DNA of 64,000 nucleotides from Dehalococcoidia bacterium (GTDB lineage: Bacteria > Chloroflexota > Dehalococcoidia > Lucifugimonadales > JAGWBF01), in NCBI GenBank assembly GCA_965219565.1, contig OZ244780.1, forward strand, positions 479,765 to 543,764. The letters are read 5' to 3'. The notes beneath the pieces were generated by a model that worked only from the letters and a program-made list of their open reading frames with translations, did not search any database and was not told where the DNA came from. Each line of letters begins with the position of its first letter. The stretch's first letter is position 1. Shown one piece after another: positions 8,343 through 18,060 of this stretch. A program made the translations under genes and the position numbers.

Positions 8343-9560
8343 TCAACTTCCGTTTCCCCTTGGAGAGGGTGAGGCGCCGTTTGACGCGGCCTTCTCTTCA
8401 AGTTCGAGGACAATCTCTTCCCGGTGCTGATTGAACACCGGTGAGGGCCTGTCCACCTTGGTGCGGGCCCGGCTGAACCGCCAGTGGCCCGTGGAGTAGT
8501 TCACTGGCCCCCAAGCCGACTCTATGGTGCCCATCATGTGGTTGGCCACAACCTGGGGGTGCTCCATAGCCAGGTGGCTCCTGGGCTTGTCGTACTTGTA
8601 CTCGCCGCACGGCACCCTGTGGTGTCGCAGTGTCTCGACCCACTGCCAAGCGGCCCGTTTCATAAAGCGGTCTTCCAGGATGGGTATGATCTCGTCGCGG
8701 TTGTCCACCCGGGCCTGGTTGGTGGCGAAACGGGGGTCGTCCGTCAACTCAGGCATGTCCAGCGCTTGGCACAGGCGCCCCCATATGCCGTTGTGGACCA
8801 CGCTGACGCTGATGTAACCCAGCGCAGTGAGGAAGGCCTGGTCCGGCACGATGTTGGGTCTGGACGATCCCATGGGCTCGGGAGATTCCCCAGAAGCGAA
8901 GTACTCCGCAAGCCGTGTGAAGCCGCCAGTCACCGTAGACTGTAGCTGGCTGGTCTCCATGAAAACGCCTCGTCCAGTCTTGTTCCGGACGTGCAAGGCG
9001 GCGAGAATGCCCAGGCAGTTGAGCATTGCCCCGTTCCAATCCAAGTGGGCGGACCCTCTCAGGAACTCCGGCTGGCCTCCCAGCTTGCCGTTCAGGCTCG
9101 TGTAGGCCGCGGCCGCCTGGGTGGCCCACTCATTGCTCAGCATCCCCTTCAGTGGACCCACAGGGCCGTAGGCTGAGGCCTGTAGGTAGATGATGCGCGG
9201 GTTGAGCTTGGACATTACATCGTAGCCCAGGCCCAGCCGCACCATGATGTCCCGCTCACGGAAGTTGTCCAGGGCTACGTCGGCGGAGGCCACCAGCTTG
9301 AATGCGATGCCCAGGTCCGTCTCGTCTTTCAGATCGAGCATCATGCCGCGCTTGGTGTAGTTGTTGCCGATGAAGGTGCATCCCATGCCTTGCATGGTGG
9401 CGCCGCTGCCTCGGCGCACTACGTCACCAGTGGGCTGCTCTATCTTGATTACGTCGGCGCCGAGCACTCCCAGATATGTTGCAGAGAGGGGACCGACTGC
9501 GGCCATGCCGAAGTCCAAGACCCTGATGCCTTCCATGGGGAGCCGCTTTTCGACGTTCAT
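8343..9560 (-). CDS. Family III (CaiB/BaiF) CoA-transferase
   Basis: GIRVLDF, LGADVIKIEQPTGD, KRGMMLDLK, DPRFATN.ARVDNR; catalytic Asp in GSAHLD. Confidence 0.92.
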   Translation of the reverse strand: MNVEKRLPMEGIRVLDFGMAAVGPLSATYLGVLGADVIKIEQPTGDVVRRGSGATMQGMGCTFIGNNYTKRGMMLDLKDETDLGIAFKLVASADVALDNFRERDIMVRLGLGYDVMSKLNPRIIYLQASAYGPVGPLKGMLSNEWATQAAAAYTSLNGKLGGQPEFLRGSAHLDWNGAMLNCLGILAALHVRNKTGRGVFMETSQLQSTVTGGFTRLAEYFASGESPEPMGSSRPNIVPDQAFLTALGYISVSVVHNGIWGRLCQALDMPELTDDPRFATNQARVDNRDEIIPILEDRFMKRAAWQWVETLRHHRVPCGEYKYDKPRSHLAMEHPQVVANHMMGTIESAWGPVNYSTGHWRFSRARTKVDRPSPVFNQHREEIVLELEEKAASNGASPSPRGNGS

Positions 9561-9668
9561 CGAACACCGCCGGATTCGATTCCTGGGCGGCCTTCATTAT
9601 ACACCCACCCCAAGGCAGGTGGGACGGTGAAACATCTAGGGAATCGAGTGCCGGGCGGCCTCGGGCGC

Positions 9669-9946
9669 TTATCGCCAGAGACGGGGCTCTTCCGAAGAAT
9701 CTCCGATATTCGATGCCACCAATATAGGGGGTTCCCAATAGAAGATGATCCGGTAATGACTGTCTTGATATTCCAATAGATCAAACTCTTGGCTCCATAT
9801 CCGCCGTACATATGGGTTGTCCAAGGAATCAAGCGAGGGGCTTCTGATGAGCCATGCGACGAGGTCGATGATGTCGGCCCTGACGCTGGGAGACGCTGAG
9901 TTTAGATACTGGCGCGCCGCTGGCAGGGGTGAAAGATGGGAGGCAT
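9669..9946 (-). pseudogene. Frameshifted RelE/ParE-like toxin candidate (not in ORF track)
   Basis: ATG 9946 MPPIFHP; adding one C to the CCCC run joins LPAARQYLNSASPSVRADIIDLVAWLIRSP...YRIIFYWEPPILVASNIG...*; starts 3 nt after the stop of a small acidic ORF. Confidence 0.5.
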
Positions 9947-9949
9947 GTG

Positions 9950-10192
9950 CTAAAGGCCAGCACGGCTGGGGTCCAATCCCCAGCCCTTCATCATCTCCCG
10001 CATTTCTTCAACTGTGGGAATGCCGTCGTTTTCTATGGAGGCTATAACCTTTTCCCAATCGTCCCTGGTGCAGTAGAACCCCGTGTCGGGGCAACGGTAC
10101 TCATCAGGAGCTCCGGCAAGCGCTTCCTTGAACCTCTCTAGGACTCGCTGTTCGAATGCCGCGTGTTCGTCGGAAACTTCTCTGTGGTGCAT
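9950..10192 (-). CDS. Small acidic hypothetical protein, putative antitoxin
   Basis: 80 aa, RBS GAGGGG, directly upstream of RelE-like remnant. Confidence 0.55.
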   Translation of the reverse strand: MHHREVSDEHAAFEQRVLERFKEALAGAPDEYRCPDTGFYCTRDDWEKVIASIENDGIPTVEEMREMMKGWGLDPSRAGL

Positions 10193-10199
10193 GTCCCCT

Positions 10200-10272
10200 C
10201 TATGTTATAACAGGCTACAGCCCCAGTCTCTCTTAGAATCATAACCTACGCGGAGGCGTCAACCAGGATCAC
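10200..10272 (-). pseudogene. vapC (PIN toxin) 5' stub
   Basis: GTG overlapping vapB stop reads MILVDASA*VMILRETG, matching the VapC N-terminus MILVDTSAWV with TGG>TAG at 10246-10248. Confidence 0.65.
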
Positions 10273-10472
10273 GTTGCATCACCGGACCGGAACGTATCGA
10301 GGTCGCCCACCCAGCCTGAGCCGCGCAGTTCCCTGGCCTCATCGAGGGTCAGAGGCTCAACCTCAGACGAGTGGCACGCTAGATCCGCTGTTTGCCGATT
10401 GGCCACCAGCTTGCAGCGGCGTGTCTTCTTGGCGTACACATCGTTGTCAATATAATCGTTTGTGTGTTCCAT
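10269..10472 (-). CDS. VapB-family (DUF2191-like) antitoxin, degenerate
   Basis: TN..IDND....R......R...DLA......PLTLDEARELRGSGWVGDLD..R pattern. Confidence 0.65.
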   Translation of the reverse strand: MEHTNDYIDNDVYAKKTRRCKLVANRQTADLACHSSEVEPLTLDEARELRGSGWVGDLDTFRSGDAT

Positions 10473-10716
10473 TCACCTACTATACACCAGACATATTGCC
10501 CCTCCAAGGCAGCGTCAGAGGGGTACAAAAATCGGCATCGCATAGGCTTACGACCAATACCTTACTTCACGTCCACAGAACAAAAAACGCCCTAGACAGT
10601 CTGTACTCACCCTCGCGCTGCCAAGCCAAAGCGTACAAATGACGCTATACTCGTATAATGGCCTAAGACGCTGGCTGCAATGCTGTAACTATCCTAGGAA
10701 CAGAGGAACCCAGACC

Positions 10717-11136
10717 GTGACCGACACGCTGTCCAAACCGCTGCCGCTGCCCGACGACCTGACTCGTCCCTTCTGGGACGCGGCCAGAGAACGCCGACTA
10801 GAGATCCAACGCTGCAGCGCCTGTGGCTACTACAACCACCCGCCCAGGCCGCTGTGTGACTCCTGCGGCTTGGAGGACTTGGCTTTCGAGCCTGTCAGCG
10901 GCAGAGGCTCCATTTACAGCTACACCGTCATGCGCCAGAGGAACGTGAAGGGTTTCGAGAACGATGTGCCCTACGTGAACGTCATTGTTGAGCTGGATGA
11001 GCAGCCCATGCTGTTCATGATTACGTACATGCCTGGCTCAGAGTCAGACAGAGTGCGGATAGGTCAGCGGGTGCAGGTCGTTTACGAGGAGCGGGATGGT
11101 GTTGTCCTCCCCCAGTTCGAAGCGGTGGAGGACTAG
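10717..11136 (+). CDS. DUF35 Zn-ribbon/OB-fold protein
   Basis: PFWDAARERRLEIQRCSACG...HPPRPLCDSC, SGRGSIYSYTV, VELDE. Confidence 0.92.
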   Translation: MTDTLSKPLPLPDDLTRPFWDAARERRLEIQRCSACGYYNHPPRPLCDSCGLEDLAFEPVSGRGSIYSYTVMRQRNVKGFENDVPYVNVIVELDEQPMLFMITYMPGSESDRVRIGQRVQVVYEERDGVVLPQFEAVED

Positions 11137-12336
11137 ATGGTCTGGGAATCCAAGGGCAAGACGGCCATTGTGGGAGTGGGCTTCTCCAAGCTTAGCCGCA
11201 CCCTTGAGGGGACTCTCGGCGCCCGATGCCTGGAGGCTTGCGCCAACGCAGTCGAGGACGCTGGGCTGGAACTGTCGGACATCGACGGCATAGCCAGCTA
11301 CCCGGAACCTCCCTTCCGTGGGGCGGGGTCCACCGACGGACGCGACATGGTGAGCGTGAACTACATCATGCGTCACCTGAAGATTGGCCCGGACAAGGGA
11401 CCCGGGGTGCGCTGGTACGCCCAAATCGACCAGGGGATGGTCCTAAGCGCCGTCATAGAGTCCGTCAACGCACTGGCAGCGGGAGCGTGCAGCTATGCCC
11501 TGGTCTGGAGGGCGTTGCACCGCCCACGGGGAGCCTATGGAGCGGTGTCCGACTCTTACGCGAGGGGCGACGCACAGTTCCAGACGCCCTACGGGTTCGC
11601 CTCATCCTTCCAGCCCCACTCCCTGGCGTATCGCCGCTACATGCACCTCTACGGGGCTAAGCGGGAAGAGATGGCTGCTTTGGCCGTGGCCCAACGGGCA
11701 AACGCCAACCTGAACGAGAAGGCCTACTTTTTCGAGATTCCTATGACCCGCGACGACTACATGAACGCCCGGATGATAGCCGACCCTCTTTGCCTCTTCG
11801 ACTGCGACATCCCGGTGGAAGGCGCAGCCGCCCTAGTCCTGACCACCGCCGAGCGAGCTAGGGACCTGCCTAACGCTCCGGCCTACGTGGCCGGTTATGG
11901 CCAGAACACCTCTAACATGCCCAACCTGATGGTCTACCCCCTGCTGGACTACATGGAGACGGGCGGCTCCATAGCCGACCGGGTCTGGGAACGGTCAGGG
12001 ATGGGGCCGTCGGACGTGAACGTGGCCCTGCTCTACGACGGCTTCAGCCCCTCGGTCTACTACTGGCTGGAGTCGGCTGGATTTTGTGGCAAGGGCGAGG
12101 CCCATCAATTCATCCAGGACGGGCGGATTGAGCGAACAGGCCAGCTTCCGGTGAACACTCATGGAGGCGCCCTCAGCGAAGGACGCCTCCATTCCATAGG
12201 CCACTTGGCTGAGGGCGTATATCAGGTCACCGGCAGGGCCGGGGAGCGCCAAGTTCCCGGTTGCCGCACGGCATACGTGACCGCAGGCTCACCCATGCTC
12301 AGGGGCAGTGGTCTGCTCCTGACCGCCGAGCCTTAA
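11137..12336 (+). CDS. Thiolase-like protein (SCP2-thiolase / Ltp2-type aldolase)
   Basis: AIVGVG, DPLCLFDCD, LYDGFS, PVNTHGGALSEG; coupled directly to DUF35 gene. Confidence 0.9.
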   Translation: MVWESKGKTAIVGVGFSKLSRTLEGTLGARCLEACANAVEDAGLELSDIDGIASYPEPPFRGAGSTDGRDMVSVNYIMRHLKIGPDKGPGVRWYAQIDQGMVLSAVIESVNALAAGACSYALVWRALHRPRGAYGAVSDSYARGDAQFQTPYGFASSFQPHSLAYRRYMHLYGAKREEMAALAVAQRANANLNEKAYFFEIPMTRDDYMNARMIADPLCLFDCDIPVEGAAALVLTTAERARDLPNAPAYVAGYGQNTSNMPNLMVYPLLDYMETGGSIADRVWERSGMGPSDVNVALLYDGFSPSVYYWLESAGFCGKGEAHQFIQDGRIERTGQLPVNTHGGALSEGRLHSIGHLAEGVYQVTGRAGERQVPGCRTAYVTAGSPMLRGSGLLLTAEP

Positions 12337-13385
12337 AATTCCAGGATGGCCCGTCCGAAAATACGTCCGTGGTGCAGGTCGTCGCAGGCCTCGGCTATGT
12401 CGTCGAGGGGGTAGCGGCGGGTGACCAGTTTCTCCAGAGGCAGCTTCCCCTCTCTGTTCCATCGCAGGAAGGTGGCGAAGTCCTTTTCGGGGTAAGTGGC
12501 GCCCAGGCTGCCACGGAAACGCCTCTGCCCCATCATCAGCAGCTTGGGATTTATGGTGATTTCGTCGGGGGGATAGCCCACCATGACGGCCATGCCGCCG
12601 TGGTTCTCCGCCCCGTTGCCTCCGATGCGCACCGACGGAAGAATCTGCTCGGCGGTGGCCCGCACTCCTATGGTGTCGAAAGCGTACTCTGCACCGCCGC
12701 CCGTCAGGTCCAGCACGGCTTGCACCGCGTCCGTCTGCGAGGCGTTCACCGTGTGAGTGGCTCCGAACTCTTTGGCAAACTCCAGCTTGTCTTCCTGGAG
12801 GTCTACGGCGATGATGGGGTACGCCTCCAGCATGGCCGCAGCCGCCACCGCCGACAGCCCCACTCCACCGACTCCGAATATCGCCACCGAGTCTCCCGGG
12901 CGCACCTGGGCAGTATTCATCACCGCCCCGGCGCCCGTGAGCACCGCGCATCCCACGATGCAGCTCACGTCGGTGGGCTCGTCTTTGGATATGGGCACCA
13001 GCAACTGACTGTTCACCAGTGTGTGCTCCCCCCAGGTGAACACGTTGGGCGGCATCACCTGTTCCCTGTAAGTGACCCCCGTGGGAATCCTTGGAGGGCT
13101 GCCCAGGACCGGGTTGCGGGGCACCCAGGTCACGATGACGTGGTCCCCTTCTTTAACGTGGCTCACGTCCCGGCCCACGGCGGCGACTACACCGGTCCCC
13201 TCATGGCCCAGCGTGGTGGGGCGGGCAAACTCCGTGTTGAATATATTGTGAAGCTGGGAGTGGCATATTCCGCTGGAGAACATCTTGACCAGCGCCTGGT
13301 CAGGCTTGGGGTCGGGGACCTCAATCTCGTCGACAATGGGATATTCGCCCAGGTTTATGTGTATCGCGGCACGCGTCTTCATCAT
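12333..13385 (-). CDS. Zinc-binding alcohol dehydrogenase (MDR family)
   Basis: GICHS, LGHEGTG, GCAVLTGAGA, FGVGGVG. Confidence 0.92.
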   Translation of the reverse strand: MMKTRAAIHINLGEYPIVDEIEVPDPKPDQALVKMFSSGICHSQLHNIFNTEFARPTTLGHEGTGVVAAVGRDVSHVKEGDHVIVTWVPRNPVLGSPPRIPTGVTYREQVMPPNVFTWGEHTLVNSQLLVPISKDEPTDVSCIVGCAVLTGAGAVMNTAQVRPGDSVAIFGVGGVGLSAVAAAAMLEAYPIIAVDLQEDKLEFAKEFGATHTVNASQTDAVQAVLDLTGGGAEYAFDTIGVRATAEQILPSVRIGGNGAENHGGMAVMVGYPPDEITINPKLLMMGQRRFRGSLGATYPEKDFATFLRWNREGKLPLEKLVTRRYPLDDIAEACDDLHHGRIFGRAILEF

Positions 13386-13430
13386 TTCCTCCGGTTAGAT
13401 TGGTCTAGTGGTTCGTTTGCGGAATGGGAC

Positions 13431-14387
13431 CTATTTTATCGCGTATGCGTTGGCCGGTGAACCGCAGGCTCCAGGGATGTTAACCGGCTTGGCCGTTACC
13501 ATGCACTCGTAGACCCCGTCTTCGGCACAGTCGGCTGAAAGCTCCTCGAAGGTCAGCAGCTCGGCGATGCCCATGCCCATCAGTGGGATGATGCGCCGGT
13601 GCTGGAACTCGCTTCCCTCCACCGGCATAGCTTCCAGGGCAATGTTGTCCGAGAACAGCAGCGAGAACCGACGGTCCCACAGCCATGCGGCAGTCTCACG
13701 GCTGGCGTCCAGCCCTGGGCAATGGAGTCCGTCTTCCCCGGGATGCACCGTACCATGAGTGGCCTCCCGCTCCTCGGGACTCAAGCTCAGGTACCAGCGC
13801 ATCCAGCCGGTTCGCAGCAGCATGATGTCGCCGGGCTGGAACTCCACTCCTTCGGCGGCGGCCACAGCCTCCATTAACTCCGGCCCGATGGGTAAGCGGG
13901 CGTTTGGGTCCACCGACTCGCCCCGCTTCTCGAAGTAACGGGGGATATCCAGGAAGACTCCGCGCCCCACCAACCCATGGTCGGCCCAGAGGTTGATGCC
14001 CAGCATGACCTTCTCGTCCAGCTCCTCGTCTTGCAGGCCCTGGTAGTAGCCGAACTCCCGGTAACGCATGTGGCGAAGCCCGTCCATGTGACCCATGCCA
14101 CCGTGGAGCTCCCAGCCATCCACATAGTCGCTCCGGCCCGTGCGGCGGACATCGATGTGATGCTGGTACGGTTCATTCTTGGAACGTTGGGGGTGAGGGA
14201 TGGACCTGGATGGTTCCAGGTTGAACACCTTGCCCTTTCGCACCAGAGACGCTGCCTGTACCACCCGCTCGGGAGTGAGCAGGTTCACCATGCCCAGCTG
14301 GTCGTCCTTGCCCCAAAGTCCCCAGCTATGGCGTTCTCCGGTCCTCTCGAATGCGGGCAGCTCTGTAAACTTGGGTAGGTCTGTCAT
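13431..14387 (-). CDS. Cyclase family (kynurenine formamidase-like) metal hydrolase
   Basis: WG.DDQLG..NLLT, HMDGLRH, GRGVFLD, GDIMLLRTGW, SDN..LE, GSPANA.A. Confidence 0.9.
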   Translation of the reverse strand: MTDLPKFTELPAFERTGERHSWGLWGKDDQLGMVNLLTPERVVQAASLVRKGKVFNLEPSRSIPHPQRSKNEPYQHHIDVRRTGRSDYVDGWELHGGMGHMDGLRHMRYREFGYYQGLQDEELDEKVMLGINLWADHGLVGRGVFLDIPRYFEKRGESVDPNARLPIGPELMEAVAAAEGVEFQPGDIMLLRTGWMRWYLSLSPEEREATHGTVHPGEDGLHCPGLDASRETAAWLWDRRFSLLFSDNIALEAMPVEGSEFQHRRIIPLMGMGIAELLTFEELSADCAEDGVYECMVTAKPVNIPGACGSPANAYAIK

Positions 14388-14476
14388 ACAAGCTCCTCTG
14401 CACGACTCATGGTTTACATGTCACTACGGAACTTTCTCTCCTTGTTGAGTGTTCCGACCAGGGATGGAATATGACG

Positions 14477-15568
14477 TCACCGGCGCCGGGGGATGACGGC
14501 CACGTGTATGGCTGGGCGGTTAGTCTCGCCTGCAAGGGTCTTTATGGCCTCTTCCGTCTCCTCCACGGAGAAGGCGTAGGTGTGCAGCTTCTCCAGCGGA
14601 TAGCGGCGGGACTCGATGGTCTCCACAGCGCGCAGGAAGGAATCGAAGGGCACACCTCGTATGCCCTTCAAGGTCACCTCTTTGTGAATCAGGTCGTCGG
14701 AGGAGAGGTCCTTGATAGGCCGTCCACCCTTCAAACCTGCCACTCCCAACGTTCCTCCGGTCTTCAACATGCCTACGCCGTGGGTCACCGGGTCAACGGC
14801 ATAGGGCGTCAGGTCCAGCGCCGTGTCCACGCCTTCACCGTTGGTGGCCTCCATGATACGGCCCACCGCGTCCTCGGCCTCCACGTTGATGGTCATGTCG
14901 GCTCCGAACTCCCGGGCCAGGGCCAGCTTGTGCTCGTCCCTTCCGAGACCCGTCACGGCTACAAAGGAAGCCCCGGCCTCCTTGGCGGCTATCACCGAGC
15001 AGATTCCTCTTTGCCCGCAGCCCAGAACGGCGATGGACTGGCCCTCTTCCAGACCCGTCGCTTCCACGGCCCAGGCAAAACCGGCACCCAGGGGGTTGAA
15101 CATGACAGCCACTTCCGGCGGCAGGGAACTGTCGATGGGATGCACCACCGCCCCCGGAGCCAGGTACATGAACTCAGCGTGGCCTCCCCAAAGACCCGGC
15201 GACTTCTCCAACGAGGTGGAACCAAAGCCTCCACCGTCTGGGCAGGGGGCGCCCTTGTCGTCCCAACACGCCTGACACCGCCCGCACCTGTACCTGGAGC
15301 GCACGGCCACCCTGTCCCCGACGTCCACTCCCCAACGACGTTTTGCCTCGGGCCCAATGGCCTCTATCACGCCCAAAGGCTCGTGTCCCTGGATTACCGG
15401 AAAGGGAAGGTAGTAGTCTCCGTGGTACCCTTCGTAGTCGGTGCCGCAGACTCCCGACGCCTCGATGCGCACGAGGGCATCGTCTTCACCCACGTCGGGT
15501 ATGTCCACTTCCCTTACGTCGATGGTCCTGGGGCCGGTGATTACCGCGGCCAGAGCCTTGCCCGCCAT
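14477..15568 (-). CDS. Zinc-binding dehydrogenase (threonine/sorbitol dehydrogenase-like)
   Basis: GVCGTD, GHE, CGRCQAC...C, GCGQRG. Confidence 0.92.
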   Translation of the reverse strand: MAGKALAAVITGPRTIDVREVDIPDVGEDDALVRIEASGVCGTDYEGYHGDYYLPFPVIQGHEPLGVIEAIGPEAKRRWGVDVGDRVAVRSRYRCGRCQACWDDKGAPCPDGGGFGSTSLEKSPGLWGGHAEFMYLAPGAVVHPIDSSLPPEVAVMFNPLGAGFAWAVEATGLEEGQSIAVLGCGQRGICSVIAAKEAGASFVAVTGLGRDEHKLALAREFGADMTINVEAEDAVGRIMEATNGEGVDTALDLTPYAVDPVTHGVGMLKTGGTLGVAGLKGGRPIKDLSSDDLIHKEVTLKGIRGVPFDSFLRAVETIESRRYPLEKLHTYAFSVEETEEAIKTLAGETNRPAIHVAVIPRRR

Positions 15569-15607
15569 AGCGCCTCCTTGTGAATTAACCGGCGAACTGC
15601 TGACCTA

Positions 15608-16729
15608 TCACCCTGCTGGGGCGAGGACCGGGTCCTTGTGGAGCTCGGGCAGGACTTCCTTGGCGAACAGCTCAATGCTCTTCCTGGCCACTTCCGGACT
15701 CATGCCCCCGAACTTCACCATTCCGAACATCTCCGATGGCCGGGTCATGGTCTGTATGCGCCGGAGCTTGTCCAAACACTGCTCAGGAGTCCCGATAACC
15801 TGGGTGTCGTCCTGCTCGGACCTGAGGCCCCTGCCGGCCCTCAGCTTTTCGGCTGTATCGACATAGTGTTCATAGCCCTTGGTGTTCCTGAAGTGTTCGG
15901 GTTCGTCGTGCTCGTAGTGGCGGGTGGAGGTGTAGATCATGTTGGGGTAGTACTGCTCCTTGGCTATCCTGACTTCTTCCTCGTTGGCCCCGCAGTACAT
16001 GAAGCATCCCGTCACCGGGTTGCGGGGGCCCATCCCGACGGCGGCCCTCCTTGCATTGAACATCTTGATGTCATCCTCGTAGGCTTCCCAGGACTTCTGG
16101 GGGATGATCATCATGCCCAACCCTGCCTCCGCAGCCATCTCTACGCTGGCCGTGCTGTTGGCGGCGCAATACATGCGTGAGGGCAGGTCCTTGGACAAGG
16201 GCTGGGGCCGTATGGTGGTCTCCGGGATCTGGAAGAACTCCCCGTCGTATGAGAAGAGCTCCTGGGACAGGGCCAGCCTGATGATGTCGTGGGCCTCTAT
16301 GAAACGGCCTCGCGACTCTTCCATAGGTATGTTGAAGGTCTCGAACTCTACTCTGGCCGCCCCCCTGCCGAACCCGACGGTGATAGGCCTGCCCTTAAGC
16401 ATCACGTCGAGAAAGGAGAGGTTCTCCGCCACGCGCACCGGGTCGTGCCAGGGCAATACGATGACCATCGTGGCCATGCCCACCCGCTGGGTCCTCCCGG
16501 CAAAGTAGTTCAGGAACTGGATAGCGTCGGGCATCAGCTCGTAGGGCGTGAAGTGGTGCTCAGTGGCCCATATAGCGTCGTATCCCAGGTCTTCGACCAT
16601 GTCCGCCAGCCGCAGGTCCTCCATGACCATCTCGTGGTCCGGGTTCTTGGCCGGTTTGCTGAAGTCACCGGAAAGATACCTGGGCCAGTCCTCGTAGTTC
16701 TGGCAGAAGACGGAAACTCCGAACTTCAT
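15608..16729 (-). CDS. LLM-class flavin-dependent oxidoreductase
   Basis: WATEHHF, VLPWHDPVRVAE, GFGRG, LFAKEVLP. Confidence 0.92.
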   Translation of the reverse strand: MKFGVSVFCQNYEDWPRYLSGDFSKPAKNPDHEMVMEDLRLADMVEDLGYDAIWATEHHFTPYELMPDAIQFLNYFAGRTQRVGMATMVIVLPWHDPVRVAENLSFLDVMLKGRPITVGFGRGAARVEFETFNIPMEESRGRFIEAHDIIRLALSQELFSYDGEFFQIPETTIRPQPLSKDLPSRMYCAANSTASVEMAAEAGLGMMIIPQKSWEAYEDDIKMFNARRAAVGMGPRNPVTGCFMYCGANEEEVRIAKEQYYPNMIYTSTRHYEHDEPEHFRNTKGYEHYVDTAEKLRAGRGLRSEQDDTQVIGTPEQCLDKLRRIQTMTRPSEMFGMVKFGGMSPEVARKSIELFAKEVLPELHKDPVLAPAG

Positions 16730-16833
16730 GAAGCTCCTCCTGTGAAACGGGTGGGTGAAGTTGGCCGGGCGGACGCCCGCGCCTGTGTAGCCGAGAGTAT
16801 AGAAGGGAGTATATTAGCGCCCCGCGCCCGGCG

Positions 16834-16914
16834 TCAAACTGCGCGCACGACGACGAGTCTGTCTGCGGAAGCGCACCAACGCGAGTCCCGGTGTTCTTGC
16901 TCAGGGTCAGACAT
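16834..16914 (-). pseudogene. Possible truncated HEPN/DUF86 toxin stub
   Basis: ATG overlapping the MNT 3' end (MSDPEQEHR...) but only 26 aa and no RxxxxH motif. Confidence 0.35.
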
Positions 16915-17200
16915 TGGTGAGGTCCCGCTCGACATAAGGACGGACCTCCGAGCGCAACGCCTTCTCGGTGACAAGGTCAACATCCCGTCCCAGCAGGTCC
17001 TCCTCAATGTAGAACTGCACCCCAAAGTAAGTCCTAGATGTAACCGGCCCATCAAATGAGACAAGGATGTTGACATCGCTGCTGTCTGTGGCCTGGTCCC
17101 GCGCAAAAGAGCCGAACAGAGCCAGCCCGGTCACGCCGAATCGTTCCGAAAGAACTGGCTTGTGCGCTCTCAGCAAGGCCAGCACATCATCCCTGGTCAC
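16907..17200 (-). CDS. Minimal nucleotidyltransferase (MNT antitoxin)
   Basis: LFGSFARDQATDSSDVNILV (second Asp replaced by Asn), LLGRDVDLVT. Confidence 0.88.
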   Translation of the reverse strand: MTRDDVLALLRAHKPVLSERFGVTGLALFGSFARDQATDSSDVNILVSFDGPVTSRTYFGVQFYIEEDLLGRDVDLVTEKALRSEVRPYVERDLTNV

Positions 17201-17334
17201 GTGTCTGTTCTCAATTCCGTATATGCCATGGCAACTACGTCAATAGCAGGGATTATACCAATGTCCAAGTAAGCACAGTCCAGGTTCTCACTGATGTTGA
17301 ACTCTTGGAGCTTCCGTGGAGCATGAGAGGCCCC

Positions 17335-18060
17335 CTAGCCAAACGCATCCGATATACGCTTAACGAACGGCTTGTCCGCAGGATCGACTCTTGCATGCCA
17401 TTCAGCTAGGTAGTCTTGGAACATAGATGGAGAGTCAGGCAGGTTGCGGATGGCGTTCCATCCTACGGGATCACTCTCGAAAATTGCCAAGAGGGAATAT
17501 GCGACAACTGAGTTCTTTTCTCTCATGCAACAGTCTTTGCGTAAACCCTCTTCCTCAAATGATAGCCAAGTAGAAAGTGTCGTGCCTGTAGGTAATTGAT
17601 GCTCCTTGCGCGACAGACGCTCCTGAACGTAGCTAGCCAGGGATTCACTGTAACCAGACCAGTTGGGATATGGCGGCTGCGTAAGCCATCTCTCCGCCAT
17701 GCGACGAAGCGTGAATACAGAAGCCAATTCGCAGATAGTCTCGTGAAACCAGTTATTTGGACTGTCCCTCAATCTTTCGTAGTCCGACAGAACATGACAG
17801 AACTCATGTGAGAATTGGTATGCAAATTGGGACCACTTCCTGTCATGTGCTGTGAGTTCGATGAAGAAAGGTTGGTCGGTCGAAACCCGATAGTAAGTCA
17901 TTGGATTCTCACTGCTAGACAGTGATGGCACGACAACGACAGTGCCTGTGAGGGGATTCTTGAGCGATTGGGTCAAACTAGAAGCAGTGTCCATTAACAA
18001 CAAAAGAATATCGATGGGGCGCGCTTCACCCCAACCGTATGGCGCAACGACAATCTTCAT
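17335..18060 (-). CDS. Hypothetical protein with HExxH metallopeptidase-like motif
   Basis: YQFSHEFCHVL...WFHETICE; AT-richer than flanks. Confidence 0.6.
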   Translation of the reverse strand: MKIVVAPYGWGEARPIDILLLLMDTASSLTQSLKNPLTGTVVVVPSLSSSENPMTYYRVSTDQPFFIELTAHDRKWSQFAYQFSHEFCHVLSDYERLRDSPNNWFHETICELASVFTLRRMAERWLTQPPYPNWSGYSESLASYVQERLSRKEHQLPTGTTLSTWLSFEEEGLRKDCCMREKNSVVAYSLLAIFESDPVGWNAIRNLPDSPSMFQDYLAEWHARVDPADKPFVKRISDAFG

